A stretch of DNA of 64,000 bases from a virus. The stretch lies in the IMG/VR virus record IMGVR_UViG_3300037130_000236. One strand, given 5' to 3'. Positions 10,015 to 19,536 of the stretch are shown here, piece after piece; position 1 is the stretch's first letter, and the number at the start of each line of letters is the position of its first letter. The translations under genes were made by a program, and so were the position numbers. The notes below the pieces were generated by a model. It did no database searches. It was not told where the DNA came from and saw only the letters and a program-made list of their open reading frames with translations.

Positions 10015-10941
10015 TTAGGCTGCCTGCTGTTCCTGCAGTCGGCTCTGAGCCTCCGGACTGGTCGCGGCATTACGTCGCGCCTTGGAGCATTTCGGACAGA
10101 CACCAACTCCGTACTGGGCCATGCCCCGTAGGTAGATGTCCCAGGCGTGCATAGACTGGGTGATGTTGTCCTTGTCCGTGTACTGGATGGTCACGATCTG
10201 CTCACCGCAATCGTTGCAGTAGTTGATCGGGTAGGCCCATTCGGGGATCTGGGGCTGCTGTTTCCATTGCCCGGTCTTCGGGTCATAGGGATAGCTCAGC
10301 TTTCCGAAGGAATAGAAGTAGATCCCAGGACCCCACTTGGACATGGCGCGCTTGTAAGCCTGCGCTTCTGCCGAGGTGATCCAGTTCTCGTCCGCTGTGT
10401 CCTTGGCGCCGCTCGAATCCTGCCAGACCCATCCCAGAAGCGGTCCCATCCAGATGCCGACCCGGACGATCGCACCCACCTTGTGGGCACTGATCTCCGA
10501 CTGCGGCGAGATGACTTCCTTGGTTTTGTAATCGAGTTTGGCCTTGATGATCTTGGTGAACGGCGCGATGTCCACCCGGGTCACTTCGGACTGCCAGAAG
10601 CCATAGCCGATGACTTCGTTCATTCGTGCGGTATAGACCCGCGAGTCGGCATAGGCTGCCGCGGTTGCGGTCTTGGCCGTGTAATCGATCGTCTGGGGAA
10701 GGAATGACACATCGTCGGGATGAAATGGCGCCTTCAGCAGGTCGATGGTTTTGGCCCAGTCCTGCAGGTAAAGCGGAAGAGCCCGCTCGTCTTGACCGCC
10801 GCCGCGCATGAGCCTGTCGATGTCTGTCAGAATATGAGGTTCAGCGACAGCTTCAGGTTCCTGCGCCTCGACAGCAGAGGGAACTTCAGCAGTGGAAGCA
10901 GCCGCAACCAGTGCGGGTGCATTGTTCTTTCTCGGTGGCAT
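10015..10941 (-). CDS. Rad52/Rad22 (Sak-like) single-strand annealing recombinase
   Basis: APFHPDDV, AYADSRVYTARMNEVIG, SAEAQAYKRAMSKWGPGIYFY; C-terminal CxxC...CxxC. Confidence 0.8.
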   Translation of the reverse strand: MPPRKNNAPALVAAASTAEVPSAVEAQEPEAVAEPHILTDIDRLMRGGGQDERALPLYLQDWAKTIDLLKAPFHPDDVSFLPQTIDYTAKTATAAAYADSRVYTARMNEVIGYGFWQSEVTRVDIAPFTKIIKAKLDYKTKEVISPQSEISAHKVGAIVRVGIWMGPLLGWVWQDSSGAKDTADENWITSAEAQAYKRAMSKWGPGIYFYSFGKLSYPYDPKTGQWKQQPQIPEWAYPINYCNDCGEQIVTIQYTDKDNITQSMHAWDIYLRGMAQYGVGVCPKCSKARRNAATSPEAQSRLQEQQAA

Positions 10942-10943
10942 GA

Positions 10944-11111
10944 TTATTCCTCGAACCAATTGAAATGGAACCGTTGGCCGCCGCTCGGAATGTGTTTGGC
11001 CGGAGCCCCACATTTCGGACAGGGTTTCTGCTCAGTGCCCATCGGCACCAGCTCTTCAAACTGATGCCCACACTTCTTCTCGTCGGGGCATTTGAATTCG
11101 TACAGTGGCAT
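10944..11111 (-). CDS. FmdB-family zinc ribbon protein
   Basis: MPLYEFKC...CGHQFEEL...CPKCG. Confidence 0.85.
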   Translation of the reverse strand: MPLYEFKCPDEKKCGHQFEELVPMGTEQKPCPKCGAPAKHIPSGGQRFHFNWFEE

Positions 11112-11435
11112 TTGAACAACTCCTCGGTGGAACGGTGCGGTTGATGATCGGGCTAACGACCGCTTTGAACTTGCGGCAGAAAGGGGCCTGCCGTCTGTGA
11201 ATTTCTTCCAGCTCGGCACGGCCACCCTCACCCAGGCGGAAACCGTATGGGCCCCGCTCGATATACAACTCGTTCAGCGAGTTGAGCATCTGGTGAAAGT
11301 GGTCAAGGCCATTTCCCAGTTGCAGGCCGTGTCGTTTGTTCATCACGGAACAAACTAACAGTAAGTTCGCTTCCGTCATACAATTGTTGGGAGCCATCTC
11401 AATCAGCAACAGGACCATACGTTCCACGAGTACCA

Positions 11436-11786
11436 TTACGTGATTACCTCCACCATAGGTGAACCGTCGGGGCTTCCAAAGACCCGGTAGCTGGTGCCCC
11501 ATTGCGGGGCGCCGATTTGTTCTTTGACTCGCTCAAGTGCGCGGGCCGCGGCTTGGCACATCTTCTCCAGCAGTTCGCCACGAAACACCGGAACCATGGT
11601 CTTGCGACCGGCTTCGATGATCTCTACGTGCGGAACCGTCCAAAAGGTTCCGCTCTCGCAGCGACGGTAATGAATGCAGGTAATGGCATTCTCATCACCC
11701 GGTCCAAAGCAAAAGGAGACCGTGGCTCTGATGCCACTGCTGTCCGAGTCCTTGCGCTCGGGAACAGTGACGATTGCATGAGTCAT
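11436..11786 (-). CDS. Possible SpoVG-like nucleic-acid-binding protein
   Basis: GIRATVSF...I.....GTFWTVP...G......L.EK.....A pattern resembles SpoVG by eye. Confidence 0.35.
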   Translation of the reverse strand: MTHAIVTVPERKDSDSSGIRATVSFCFGPGDENAITCIHYRRCESGTFWTVPHVEIIEAGRKTMVPVFRGELLEKMCQAAARALERVKEQIGAPQWGTSYRVFGSPDGSPMVEVIT

Positions 11787-11812
11787 TCCTGTGAGAAAGC
11801 GTGTCATAGAAA

Positions 11813-14152
11813 CTAAGCAGCCGCCGGCAACTCGACTGCCTTGACCTCCTTGCGAATACGTTGGACAAGGAAGGTATTCCGGCAGTTGACGTTGCACTGC
11901 TCCACTGCCCGCTTGACCGCGGCCCAGGACGCGAGGAAGACGATCATCTTCCTGGCCCTGGTGTTCGCTGTGTAGAGAAGGTTTCGCTCAAGCATCGGAT
12001 AGTGGTGCATCGTCATGAGGAGAATTACAATTTCAAACTCGCTGCCCTGGCTCTTGTGAGTCGTGGCCGCGTAAGAGAGCGACAGGTTGTCCGTCTCCTT
12101 GAAGGGATAACGAACCAATCGGCCGTAGAAATCGATCAGGATCTCTTTATGGGTTTCATCGAATTCCTTGATGAACCCGATGTCGCCGTTCGAGATCTCC
12201 ATGCCCTGCTGGTAGTTGTTAGCCAGTTGCATCACACGGTCACCGGTCCGAAACTTGTGACCTTTGACAGCTACTTCCTTGCCGTTGGGATTCAGTGTTT
12301 CCTGGAGAACCTTGTTGAACTCAATCGAACCTGCTGGGCCGATTCGCATCGGCGTCAGGATCTGAATGTCCCTGATAGGATCGACGGCGTGCTTGGCAAC
12401 GATCCGTTGAATGACCGGAGGCAGCTTCGCTTTGATCCACTCCAGATCGTCCTTGCCCTCCGGTCCCTTGGGAACTTCCATGAAGTAGGAGTCGGCTTCA
12501 ATGCCTTGCCCCTTCTTCACGTCCGGAAAGATCGGCGTCTGTCCGGTCCTGATCTTGTAGGCATTGCGGATGATCAGCGAGTTCTCAGCCTGACGGAAGA
12601 TGGTCTCCAGTTTGGTGACCTGGATCTTCTCGCAGTTGATCATGTCGCGGAGGACCATCCCGGGCCCAACCGAAGGGAGCTGGTCCACGTCACCCACAAA
12701 TACCACTGAACAGGAGTCAGGTACGGCGTCCATCAGGGAATCGGCGAGCTGGAGATCCAGCATCGAAGCTTCATCGCAGATCAGCAGGCTGCAATTGAGC
12801 GGGTTCTTCTTGTTGCGCTGGAAGTCATTGTCCTCATAGCTCCACTCCAGCAGTTTGTGGACCGTCTGCGCTTCCTGACCGGTGACTTCAGCCATGCGCT
12901 TGGCAGCGCGGCCAGTAGGCGCGCACAGCTCGACGTTGAGACCCAGCCGGGCTGCCGTGCGCAAAAGCATCTTGAGGGTGGTTGTCTTGCCAGTGCCGGG
13001 ACCGCCGGTCAGGATCGACAGGTTGTTCCGAAGAGCTGCAATGACCGCCTGACGCTGTTGTTCGTTCGGCTCTTGGCCCAGGTCCTTCTCGACACGTTCC
13101 AGTGTCTCCTCGATGCCGCGAGGCGCAATATGCGGAAAGCTCTGCAGCTCTCCGATCCGTCGAGCCAGTCTAGTTTCTGCATCGTAATAAACAGACAGAT
13201 AGTAGAAAGTCATCGCAATGCCGTTCAGCTTAACTGGCTGGCGAATAAGATGCTTGGGGCCTGGATCGCTGGCGAGAGACGACATCTTGATGACAGCTTG
13301 CTCTGCGACCTCCATCGGAAGCTGTTCGTTTGGGTTGAGAGTGCCTTTTCTACTACTGGCTACCTTTCGAACTGTACCCACGAGCTCATCCTGTGTAAGG
13401 AAGCAATGGCCATTGCTGGTTGCTTCTGAGACCACATGCGTAACAGCGCCTTCAGTCCGTTCCGAGCAGCGTTCCGGCCAGCCCATACGGGCAGCCATCT
13501 CGTCTGCCTTTTTGAAACCGATCCCACTCAGCTTCATGGAGCGGTAGGGATTTTTCTCCAGGATTGTAATGGCGTCCTTGCCGAACGCGGCGAGGAACTT
13601 CTTGCCCCAGGCGCTTGGGATGTCAAAGCGGGCCAGCCACAATTCCAGTTGGCGGAGCACGGGGTCATGTTGGCTACGCCAGGACGCCACGATCTTGTCG
13701 GCCTTATCAGCTCCGATTCCGGCGCACTCGGTGAGGCGTTCGGGAGAGTTGTCAAGGATGTTGATGATCGCGACACCGAACTTCGACATCAAGGCAGCGG
13801 CCGTTTTCTTGCCGATGCTCTTGACGTGATGCTCCAGGTACTTCTGAATGCCCCGGATGGTATCGGGAATGACTCTTACCGCCTGCTCGGCTTCAAACGT
13901 CGGCCCGTACTTCGAATCGTCGACCATCTTGCCGTGGAACTCGAACAGATCATCCGGATCCCAGTCGGGGAATGAATTGCATTTGACGGCCAGATCCTTC
14001 TGCCCCGGTTCAACCGGATGCACGGTCAGGATCCGAAAGGTACAACTTTCCTCAGGCTCGCTGCCTTCGGTTGTGGTCTCGGGTGGTTTGTCCATGACAC
14101 GCGGATACCGCTGCCACAGAACCTGACCCCTGAAATGCTGTTGCTCGTCCAC
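11813..14152 (-). CDS. recD2: ATP-dependent RecD2-like SF1B helicase
   Basis: N-terminal OB + HhH (GIGADKA, GIGFKKAD), TGGPGTGKTT, APTGRAAKR, DEASM, VGDVDQLPSV, YAATTHKSQGSEF, LYTANTRAR. Confidence 0.95.
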   Translation of the reverse strand: MDEQQHFRGQVLWQRYPRVMDKPPETTTEGSEPEESCTFRILTVHPVEPGQKDLAVKCNSFPDWDPDDLFEFHGKMVDDSKYGPTFEAEQAVRVIPDTIRGIQKYLEHHVKSIGKKTAAALMSKFGVAIINILDNSPERLTECAGIGADKADKIVASWRSQHDPVLRQLELWLARFDIPSAWGKKFLAAFGKDAITILEKNPYRSMKLSGIGFKKADEMAARMGWPERCSERTEGAVTHVVSEATSNGHCFLTQDELVGTVRKVASSRKGTLNPNEQLPMEVAEQAVIKMSSLASDPGPKHLIRQPVKLNGIAMTFYYLSVYYDAETRLARRIGELQSFPHIAPRGIEETLERVEKDLGQEPNEQQRQAVIAALRNNLSILTGGPGTGKTTTLKMLLRTAARLGLNVELCAPTGRAAKRMAEVTGQEAQTVHKLLEWSYEDNDFQRNKKNPLNCSLLICDEASMLDLQLADSLMDAVPDSCSVVFVGDVDQLPSVGPGMVLRDMINCEKIQVTKLETIFRQAENSLIIRNAYKIRTGQTPIFPDVKKGQGIEADSYFMEVPKGPEGKDDLEWIKAKLPPVIQRIVAKHAVDPIRDIQILTPMRIGPAGSIEFNKVLQETLNPNGKEVAVKGHKFRTGDRVMQLANNYQQGMEISNGDIGFIKEFDETHKEILIDFYGRLVRYPFKETDNLSLSYAATTHKSQGSEFEIVILLMTMHHYPMLERNLLYTANTRARKMIVFLASWAAVKRAVEQCNVNCRNTFLVQRIRKEVKAVELPAAA

Positions 14153-14212
14153 AAATCCACCTAACTGTTAGTCTGCCATTTCTGGGCCTGGCATTGATAT
14201 AGAAGGAAACCC

Positions 14213-14560
14213 CTAGAAGCAAAGCTCTTCGGGGAGAGGAACCCATCCAGTGAACTGTGGTGACACCAGTTCCTCCAGGAGCGGCGGCATCGGCTCTGGT
14301 GCAAAGGCCAGCGCCAATTGAACCGGTCGCCGGCATGGGAGTGGTTGAATCCCAACGAGGTTGTCCTCGGTAAGGTTCTCGGCGCCGCGCAGGTATTCCC
14401 AACGCTTTGCGAGGAGCCCCAGGAAGCCCAGGTGACAGGGCTTCAACAGAACGTTCCCGGAAACAACTGCTTGAGAAGAACAGTCGGCATCGATATTGAA
14501 CAGGAACTCGAGGCCCGTTGGTTCTTTCCTGCCCAACCGGAATGTGTAGCGGCTTCTCAT
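14213..14560 (-). CDS. Hypothetical protein
   Basis: ATG overlaps the stop of the upstream ORF. Confidence 0.4.
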   Translation of the reverse strand: MRSRYTFRLGRKEPTGLEFLFNIDADCSSQAVVSGNVLLKPCHLGFLGLLAKRWEYLRGAENLTEDNLVGIQPLPCRRPVQLALAFAPEPMPPLLEELVSPQFTGWVPLPEELCF

Positions 14561-14865
14561 CGGGCGCCGACTCTCTCTGCGAGATCTATACCAGTCTTCT
14601 CTGTGAAGAGCGCCTGGCCTTCCCGGTAGCAGTCGTAGAGATCGGGCCTGTGTGTGTCCAGTTGAACCACCTGGATAAACCAGTCGGTGCATGCTCGGAT
14701 GATCGGACCTGATCCGTAAACCAGGTACCAGTTCCGCATCGCCAACAATAAGACCGCTGGGTTGATCGGGGGATGTATGTCGCACAGGACAGACTCAAGC
14801 ACCCGGATTGTTTCGTCGTCCAGGCGTCCCGTCTTGTCCAATGTACGATCCAAGGGATTTGCCAT
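14557..14865 (-). CDS. Hypothetical protein
   Basis: AGGAG RBS before ATG 14865. Confidence 0.55.
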   Translation of the reverse strand: MANPLDRTLDKTGRLDDETIRVLESVLCDIHPPINPAVLLLAMRNWYLVYGSGPIIRACTDWFIQVVQLDTHRPDLYDCYREGQALFTEKTGIDLAERVGAR

Positions 14866-14933
14866 TTCTTCTCCTATCCAACTGTTAGTTGACTCAGGCT
14901 CGGTCTCGGATTGACAATGAACCCGGAGGCAGG

Positions 14934-15344
14934 ATGCCACGCACTTTAGGAAAGCACACCAATCACTTCGGTCCATTCATCAGACGGCGGCGACGCGAGT
15001 TGAGCCTGACGCAGCGCGAGGTCGCTGCGGCTCTCAAGGTCTCTGCGCCTGAGTTTGTTGGCATGATCGAATCGGGCCTTCGCAAGCCAAACTTCGAACG
15101 GTTACCTGCTCTGGCAGAAGTCTTGCAGGTTCCGGTCCTCGAGATGATCCAGATGGCTTTTGCAGACGTCTACCCAAGCCTGGTGGGCTACCTGACACAA
15201 GAACAAACAGCTCAGACCGCCAAGGCCAATCGGCTGGGTCAGAAGCTCTACGCTCTGCCCCAGCCAATACGCCAGCCCATCATCAAGATGATCGACAAGT
15301 TCTATGCCGAACGATCCGTCGAGAAGAAGGACAAAGTGGCGTAA
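14934..15344 (+). CDS. XRE-family HTH transcriptional regulator
   Basis: FGPFIRRRRRELSLTQREVAAAL...VGMIESGLRKP; GGAGG RBS; the only resident plus-strand gene. Confidence 0.9.
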   Translation: MPRTLGKHTNHFGPFIRRRRRELSLTQREVAAALKVSAPEFVGMIESGLRKPNFERLPALAEVLQVPVLEMIQMAFADVYPSLVGYLTQEQTAQTAKANRLGQKLYALPQPIRQPIIKMIDKFYAERSVEKKDKVA

Positions 15345-15571
15345 TCTACCTGCGCTGCAGTCAGACTTTCCTTTTCCACCACTTCGCCGCGTCGGCGAGC
15401 CCTCTCCCTCAGAAGAGCCTTTTCCTGATTCTTCAGGTGCTTGGGCAAGCCACGCACCTTGGATCTGGATTGCTGGGTTATTGCCTGACGGATCTTCTGT
15501 GCGAACTCCAGGCACCTCTCGATCTTCTCGTCCGACATTCCCGGGATCTCTGCAAGGAAGGGATCAGCCAT
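15302..15571 (-). CDS. Hypothetical basic protein
   Basis: Tiles; its 3' end overlaps the XRE gene end. Confidence 0.45.
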   Translation of the reverse strand: MADPFLAEIPGMSDEKIERCLEFAQKIRQAITQQSRSKVRGLPKHLKNQEKALLRERARRRGEVVEKESLTAAQVDYATLSFFSTDRSA

Positions 15572-15803
15572 TGGTGTTGTTTTTCGGCTTCTCAGCAACC
15601 ACAATCGAAACTTTCATCTGGGTGATGCTGTGACCCTTCACGCCCTTCCGCTTTTTGACTTCTTTCCAGGCACGGTTGAACGCCGTGCCATAATCGCTGG
15701 CCTTGGCGGTTGCCGACTGCCCCATGTTGACACTGGTAAGCTCGGGCATCTGGAAGTAGAAGGTGTAAGTTCGCAGGTTGTCTTCTGCACCGATGATTTC
15801 CAT
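15564..15803 (-). CDS. Hypothetical protein
   Basis: TGATG coupling to the upstream ORF. Confidence 0.55.
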   Translation of the reverse strand: MEIIGAEDNLRTYTFYFQMPELTSVNMGQSATAKASDYGTAFNRAWKEVKKRKGVKGHSITQMKVSIVVAEKPKNNTNG

Positions 15804-16501
15804 CAGGCTGCCTCTCTTTCCTGTGGATACCAAGCCTCTGTCAGCGCCGGCGTCACACATTCGCACTCGAAGAACTTGCGATCGACAGGAAACGGGTTGG
15901 CTTCCGCAAAGGCTAGCATCTTCGCTCTGGTCTCCGCGTCAGGATCCATATCGTGCCAGCTGTTGCGGCCGAACGCGCCAAATGCAGTGTCCATCTTGGC
16001 GAGTAGCTCGTCGAGTTCAGGCACCGGTCTTTCGAGAAGCCTGCGAGTAATCCTGTACCCATAACACCGGAAAGGACGGACTGAACGGCACCTCACGAAG
16101 AGAGGCTTGCAGTTGCTCTTCAGTTTGATCCAACCTTCAGGTTTGAATCCCCGGCGGCCAGCCGCCTGCTCTTTGATCGTTGCACGCCAGCGCGCGGCAT
16201 AGTCGTTCGGCGGTTCAGGGACATCGGTGAAGAAGGTCAACGGACAGGTGTAGTGGGAAGGTCCGCAGCTCTCATCGAGCGACTTGACTCCCCAGCCTTC
16301 CCCTTTGAACCGCTGCATGATGTCGTATCCGATGTAGCGATGCGAGGCCACGCCTGGTGCAGCGATCTCCCAGACCGACCATAAGATGTTGCCCTTCGTC
16401 ACCTTCTTGAGACAGCGTCGGGTAGTTCCACCGTACTCGCTGTCCGTGGTCAGTTGACGGATGAGTGACTTGCGTGAGTAGTATCCAGAGATCCAGCCCA
16501 T
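15803..16501 (-). CDS. Conserved mobile-element hypothetical (DUF6927-like)
   Basis: MGW...GWGVKSLDESCGP..YTCP...WR pattern recalled from plasmid/phage proteins. Confidence 0.6.
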   Translation of the reverse strand: MGWISGYYSRKSLIRQLTTDSEYGGTTRRCLKKVTKGNILWSVWEIAAPGVASHRYIGYDIMQRFKGEGWGVKSLDESCGPSHYTCPLTFFTDVPEPPNDYAARWRATIKEQAAGRRGFKPEGWIKLKSNCKPLFVRCRSVRPFRCYGYRITRRLLERPVPELDELLAKMDTAFGAFGRNSWHDMDPDAETRAKMLAFAEANPFPVDRKFFECECVTPALTEAWYPQEREAA

Positions 16502-16503
16502 GC

Positions 16504-17124
16504 CTATACTGCTTCCTCAAGTGGCGGGCACTTGCAGTTGGTGAGACGTTCTTTACAAGAGCCACAGAGGGCATAGCCCTCGGGATCTACACGCAGGGGC
16601 CGGGATTCGGTCAAACGGCCGGCACGAAACAGTTGGCCGGCAGAGATGCCTCTGACCTTGGTTTTGACAGGCAGCGGCCCGAACATGTTGTCGATGATGG
16701 TGCCGTCGAGAGCGAGGTTGCAGAGATAATCGGCATCTCTGTTTTCTTCCCGCGGATACCACACGTACGAAATGACAATGCCTGAATAGAAGGCCAGGAT
16801 TTCCCTGATCTGATGTTGAAGTGCTATCAGGTTCTCGTCCTTGCATCTCCACTCTCTGGTCATCTGATTGACCAGGAGCTGGGAGTCCGCGCGGAACTCA
16901 ATACGATCGACGTCGGATGTGAAGTCGAGCAACGGGTCCAGGCTGTTTACAGCCAGCAGCAGACCCCGGTACTCAGCAATGTTGTTGCTGCCGATCAGAG
17001 TCTCGTTCAGGCAGGCAACGTATTTGTGCTGCTCATCGAATGCGACGAAGGCACAGGACGCTGGGCCCGGCTCGGTGGCTGAGTTTGAACGGCTGCCACC
17101 ATCCGTGTAGATGATCAGCTTCAT
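16504..17124 (-). CDS. rnhA: Ribonuclease HI family protein
   Basis: IYTDGGSR, NNIAEYRGL, RADSQLLVNQM, WYPREENRDADYLCN. Confidence 0.9.
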   Translation of the reverse strand: MKLIIYTDGGSRSNSATEPGPASCAFVAFDEQHKYVACLNETLIGSNNIAEYRGLLLAVNSLDPLLDFTSDVDRIEFRADSQLLVNQMTREWRCKDENLIALQHQIREILAFYSGIVISYVWYPREENRDADYLCNLALDGTIIDNMFGPLPVKTKVRGISAGQLFRAGRLTESRPLRVDPEGYALCGSCKERLTNCKCPPLEEAV

Positions 17125-17642
17125 GCCGCCAGTTTCCGTTCGTGGCGGCGGAACTGAATCGTCTTCTTCATCCACTTGTCGAGGGTCATCTTCCGATTCA
17201 GCTTGCCCTGGTGATCGACGATCAAGATGCCGTTGAGATGGTCGATCTCATGCTGAATGACTCGTGCTTCCAGGCCCTCGGCGACCATAGTGATCGGTTG
17301 AAAGTCTTCGGTCAGCCCAGTGACGCTGATCTCCGTTGGACGAGTGACCTTGACCTGCAAGCCGGGCAGGCTCAAGCAACCCTCCGCGACCGTCGATGTT
17401 TCGGAACCGAACTCAATGATTTCGGGATTGGTCAGGGACTGCATCTGTCCCTGGCTGTCCTGGTAGATGATGACCCGCTTCAAGACGCCGATCTGATTGG
17501 CGGCCAGGCCCTGTCCGCGGAAGGAGAGGCAAGCTTCCTTCATGTCGCCGATCAGATTTGTGAGACCCTCGCCGAACTCAGCATCAACTGGTTCGCAGGT
17601 CTTGAGAATTACGCCGTCCGGATATTCGCAGATTGCGGTCAT
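17121..17642 (-). CDS. def: Peptide deformylase
   Basis: GLAANQIG, EGCLSLP, QHEIDHLNG. Confidence 0.96.
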   Translation of the reverse strand: MTAICEYPDGVILKTCEPVDAEFGEGLTNLIGDMKEACLSFRGQGLAANQIGVLKRVIIYQDSQGQMQSLTNPEIIEFGSETSTVAEGCLSLPGLQVKVTRPTEISVTGLTEDFQPITMVAEGLEARVIQHEIDHLNGILIVDHQGKLNRKMTLDKWMKKTIQFRRHERKLAA

Positions 17643-17986
17643 TCTTTTTCCTCCAGCATGTTGAGAATGCCTTCAAAGACCTTTTCAACAGCGGTCACGC
17701 CGTCGAAGAAGCTCCGCTCGAAATCGGCGCGCGTTGCTTTCGTGTAGTCCAGACACGTTGTGAGCTGTTCCTCTGTCGGCTGCACATGCAAGGCTGCCAT
17801 CAGGGCGATACGGATCTTTGTGGCCGCATAGAAGTCCAGAGAGCGGATCATGCGGCTGTACACCGGCGAGATGTTCTTCACATCCGATGTCGGTTCGCGC
17901 AGCATTTCCCGGAACTGCGCCGGCCGGTTCTCAATCAACGCGATGGTAGCGTTCAGTGCTGCATTCAAACTCATCACATCACCCAC
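17639..17986 (-). CDS. Hypothetical helical protein
   Basis: Tiles with ATGA overlap. Confidence 0.55.
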   Translation of the reverse strand: MGDVMSLNAALNATIALIENRPAQFREMLREPTSDVKNISPVYSRMIRSLDFYAATKIRIALMAALHVQPTEEQLTTCLDYTKATRADFERSFFDGVTAVEKVFEGILNMLEEKE

Positions 17987-18570
17987 TCTTGCTTTGGTGT
18001 TTTGTCCTGTTCGAGCACTGACTCGTAGTCGACCAGGATGCCAAGCCTGGCATCGAAATTACCGGGATGTGGCAGGAATGGAGAGTTCCGCCTATACAAC
18101 TGCCGCTCTGCAACCAGATCGCAGGTGCAAGCTGCCGTAGGTATATCCTTTGCTGCGAACTGCATCCCAAGCAGAACCGGATCGGTCAGTTCAGGACCGC
18201 CGACTGGTTCAAAAGACGAGCGGTAAATCCTGTCTTTCCGCAGAACCGAGTCACCGTAGACACCGTACTGGACGGGAACGATTCCCATGGGCGGATAGAC
18301 ATCGAGATGCCAGCGCCAAACTTGAAACGGTTCGTCCAGACCGGCCCACTTCATGTACCGGTCAACGAAAACGTGACTGACCATCAGATGAAGACCAGGA
18401 AGCACGAGGCAATCCTGCACCACTACGGTGTAGGGCGCCTCATTGGGGTCCAACACGAAGCTGATCAACTCTCCAAGTCGGTTCAGACAAGTGATTCCGA
18501 CCCGCGACATATACACATAGTCGACAGCTTCTTCGATCATGATTCGTGCTGAAACAACGAGTTCGGTCAT
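17974..18570 (-). CDS. Hypothetical protein
   Basis: 198-aa ORF tiling downstream of the ssb terminator. Confidence 0.55.
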   Translation of the reverse strand: MTELVVSARIMIEEAVDYVYMSRVGITCLNRLGELISFVLDPNEAPYTVVVQDCLVLPGLHLMVSHVFVDRYMKWAGLDEPFQVWRWHLDVYPPMGIVPVQYGVYGDSVLRKDRIYRSSFEPVGGPELTDPVLLGMQFAAKDIPTAACTCDLVAERQLYRRNSPFLPHPGNFDARLGILVDYESVLEQDKTPKQEWVM

Positions 18571-18579
18571 AGCTCTTGA

Positions 18580-18604
18580 AGCCGGGTGGGGTTACCACCC
18601 GGCT
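18580..18604 (-). terminator. Hairpin after ssb
   Basis: AGCCGGGTGG-GGTTA-CCACCCGGCT perfect 10-bp inverted repeat. Confidence 0.55.
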
Positions 18605-18614
18605 CTCTTCCGCC

Positions 18615-19232
18615 TCAGAAGGGGATGTCGTCGTCGATCAGGGCCTGCTGCGCGGGCTGGACAGCCGAAGGAGCGGGTTGCCGCTGCTGTGTCTGCCGGG
18701 CTGCGGGAGCTGCCGCTTGTGTGCGGGGCGCCGCGGCCTGACGAGGAGCTGCCGCCTGACGCGGGGCCGGTTGCTGTGCGGGCGCAGCGGCCTGCTGATG
18801 GTTCCCGTTCCCGCCATTCCCGTTGCTGTTGCCGTTGTTTTCGCTCTTGGGCACCACACGGAACGGACCGGAGATGTCGCGCGCAACGCAGCGGAAGCCG
18901 ACGGCCGCGTTGTCGATCACATTGCCGCTCTGCTTGTCCTTCTTCGAATAGGTCGTGAACTCCATCTCGCCATCGTTGATGACGATCGTGTCGCCGGGGC
19001 TGAACCGTTCGGCAACATACTGAGCCTGACGGCCGAATGCAACCACGTTGACCCAAGTGGTCTTGTAGGCCGTGGTCTGATCCTGGCCGTTGTAGTTGCG
19101 GACATCGCCCTTGCCTTCGCCGACCCACCGCTCGGTGGCGACGCCGACCTGCACCCAAGCCTTGTCGCCTTCACCCTGCAACTCCGGCTGCTTGCCAATC
19201 TTGCCATCGAAATGAACCTTGATTCCTGCCAT
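18615..19232 (-). CDS. ssb: Single-stranded DNA-binding protein
   Basis: OB fold (TTWVNVVAFGRQA), Q/A/P-rich linker, C-terminal DDDIPF. Confidence 0.92.
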   Translation of the reverse strand: MAGIKVHFDGKIGKQPELQGEGDKAWVQVGVATERWVGEGKGDVRNYNGQDQTTAYKTTWVNVVAFGRQAQYVAERFSPGDTIVINDGEMEFTTYSKKDKQSGNVIDNAAVGFRCVARDISGPFRVVPKSENNGNSNGNGGNGNHQQAAAPAQQPAPRQAAAPRQAAAPRTQAAAPAARQTQQRQPAPSAVQPAQQALIDDDIPF

Positions 19233-19356
19233 GCTTCTCTTCCTCTTTCATCCAGCCATACGGCCGGGGATTCTCTTAGTTGACATCAATCTGAGCGAGT
19301 ACAAAACTAACCGTAAGGTAGCTCGCCAGACACCGGACTGCATTCGGGTAAAGCCC

Positions 19357-19536
19357 TTAGGCTTGCTCTGCAGGTAGAGGTGGCGCAACCAACCCGCGCT
19401 TCTCCCACTCCTCGCGGCAGACGGGATGATAGATCCACCACTTGGCTATCTCAGGCGGATCGTTCTCCTGAGCGTACTTGCGGAAATCGGCCTCTTCCGC
19501 CGGGTCGAGCTGGCGAAACAGAATCTCTTGCAGCAT
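19357..19536 (-). CDS. Small hypothetical protein (59 aa) overlapping the ThiF 3' end
   Basis: Manual translation MLQEILFRQLDPAEEADFRKYAQENDPPEIAKWWIYHPVCREEWEKRG...; GAGG RBS; below the ORF-track cutoff. Confidence 0.6.
   Translation of the reverse strand: MLQEILFRQLDPAEEADFRKYAQENDPPEIAKWWIYHPVCREEWEKRGLVAPPLPAEQA

Noticed and set aside
18700-18790. Imperfect ~18-nt tandem repeats
   Set aside because: They encode the Q/A/P-rich SSB linker (AAAPRQ units); there are no spacers, so this is not a CRISPR array. No CRISPR array was seen anywhere in the window.
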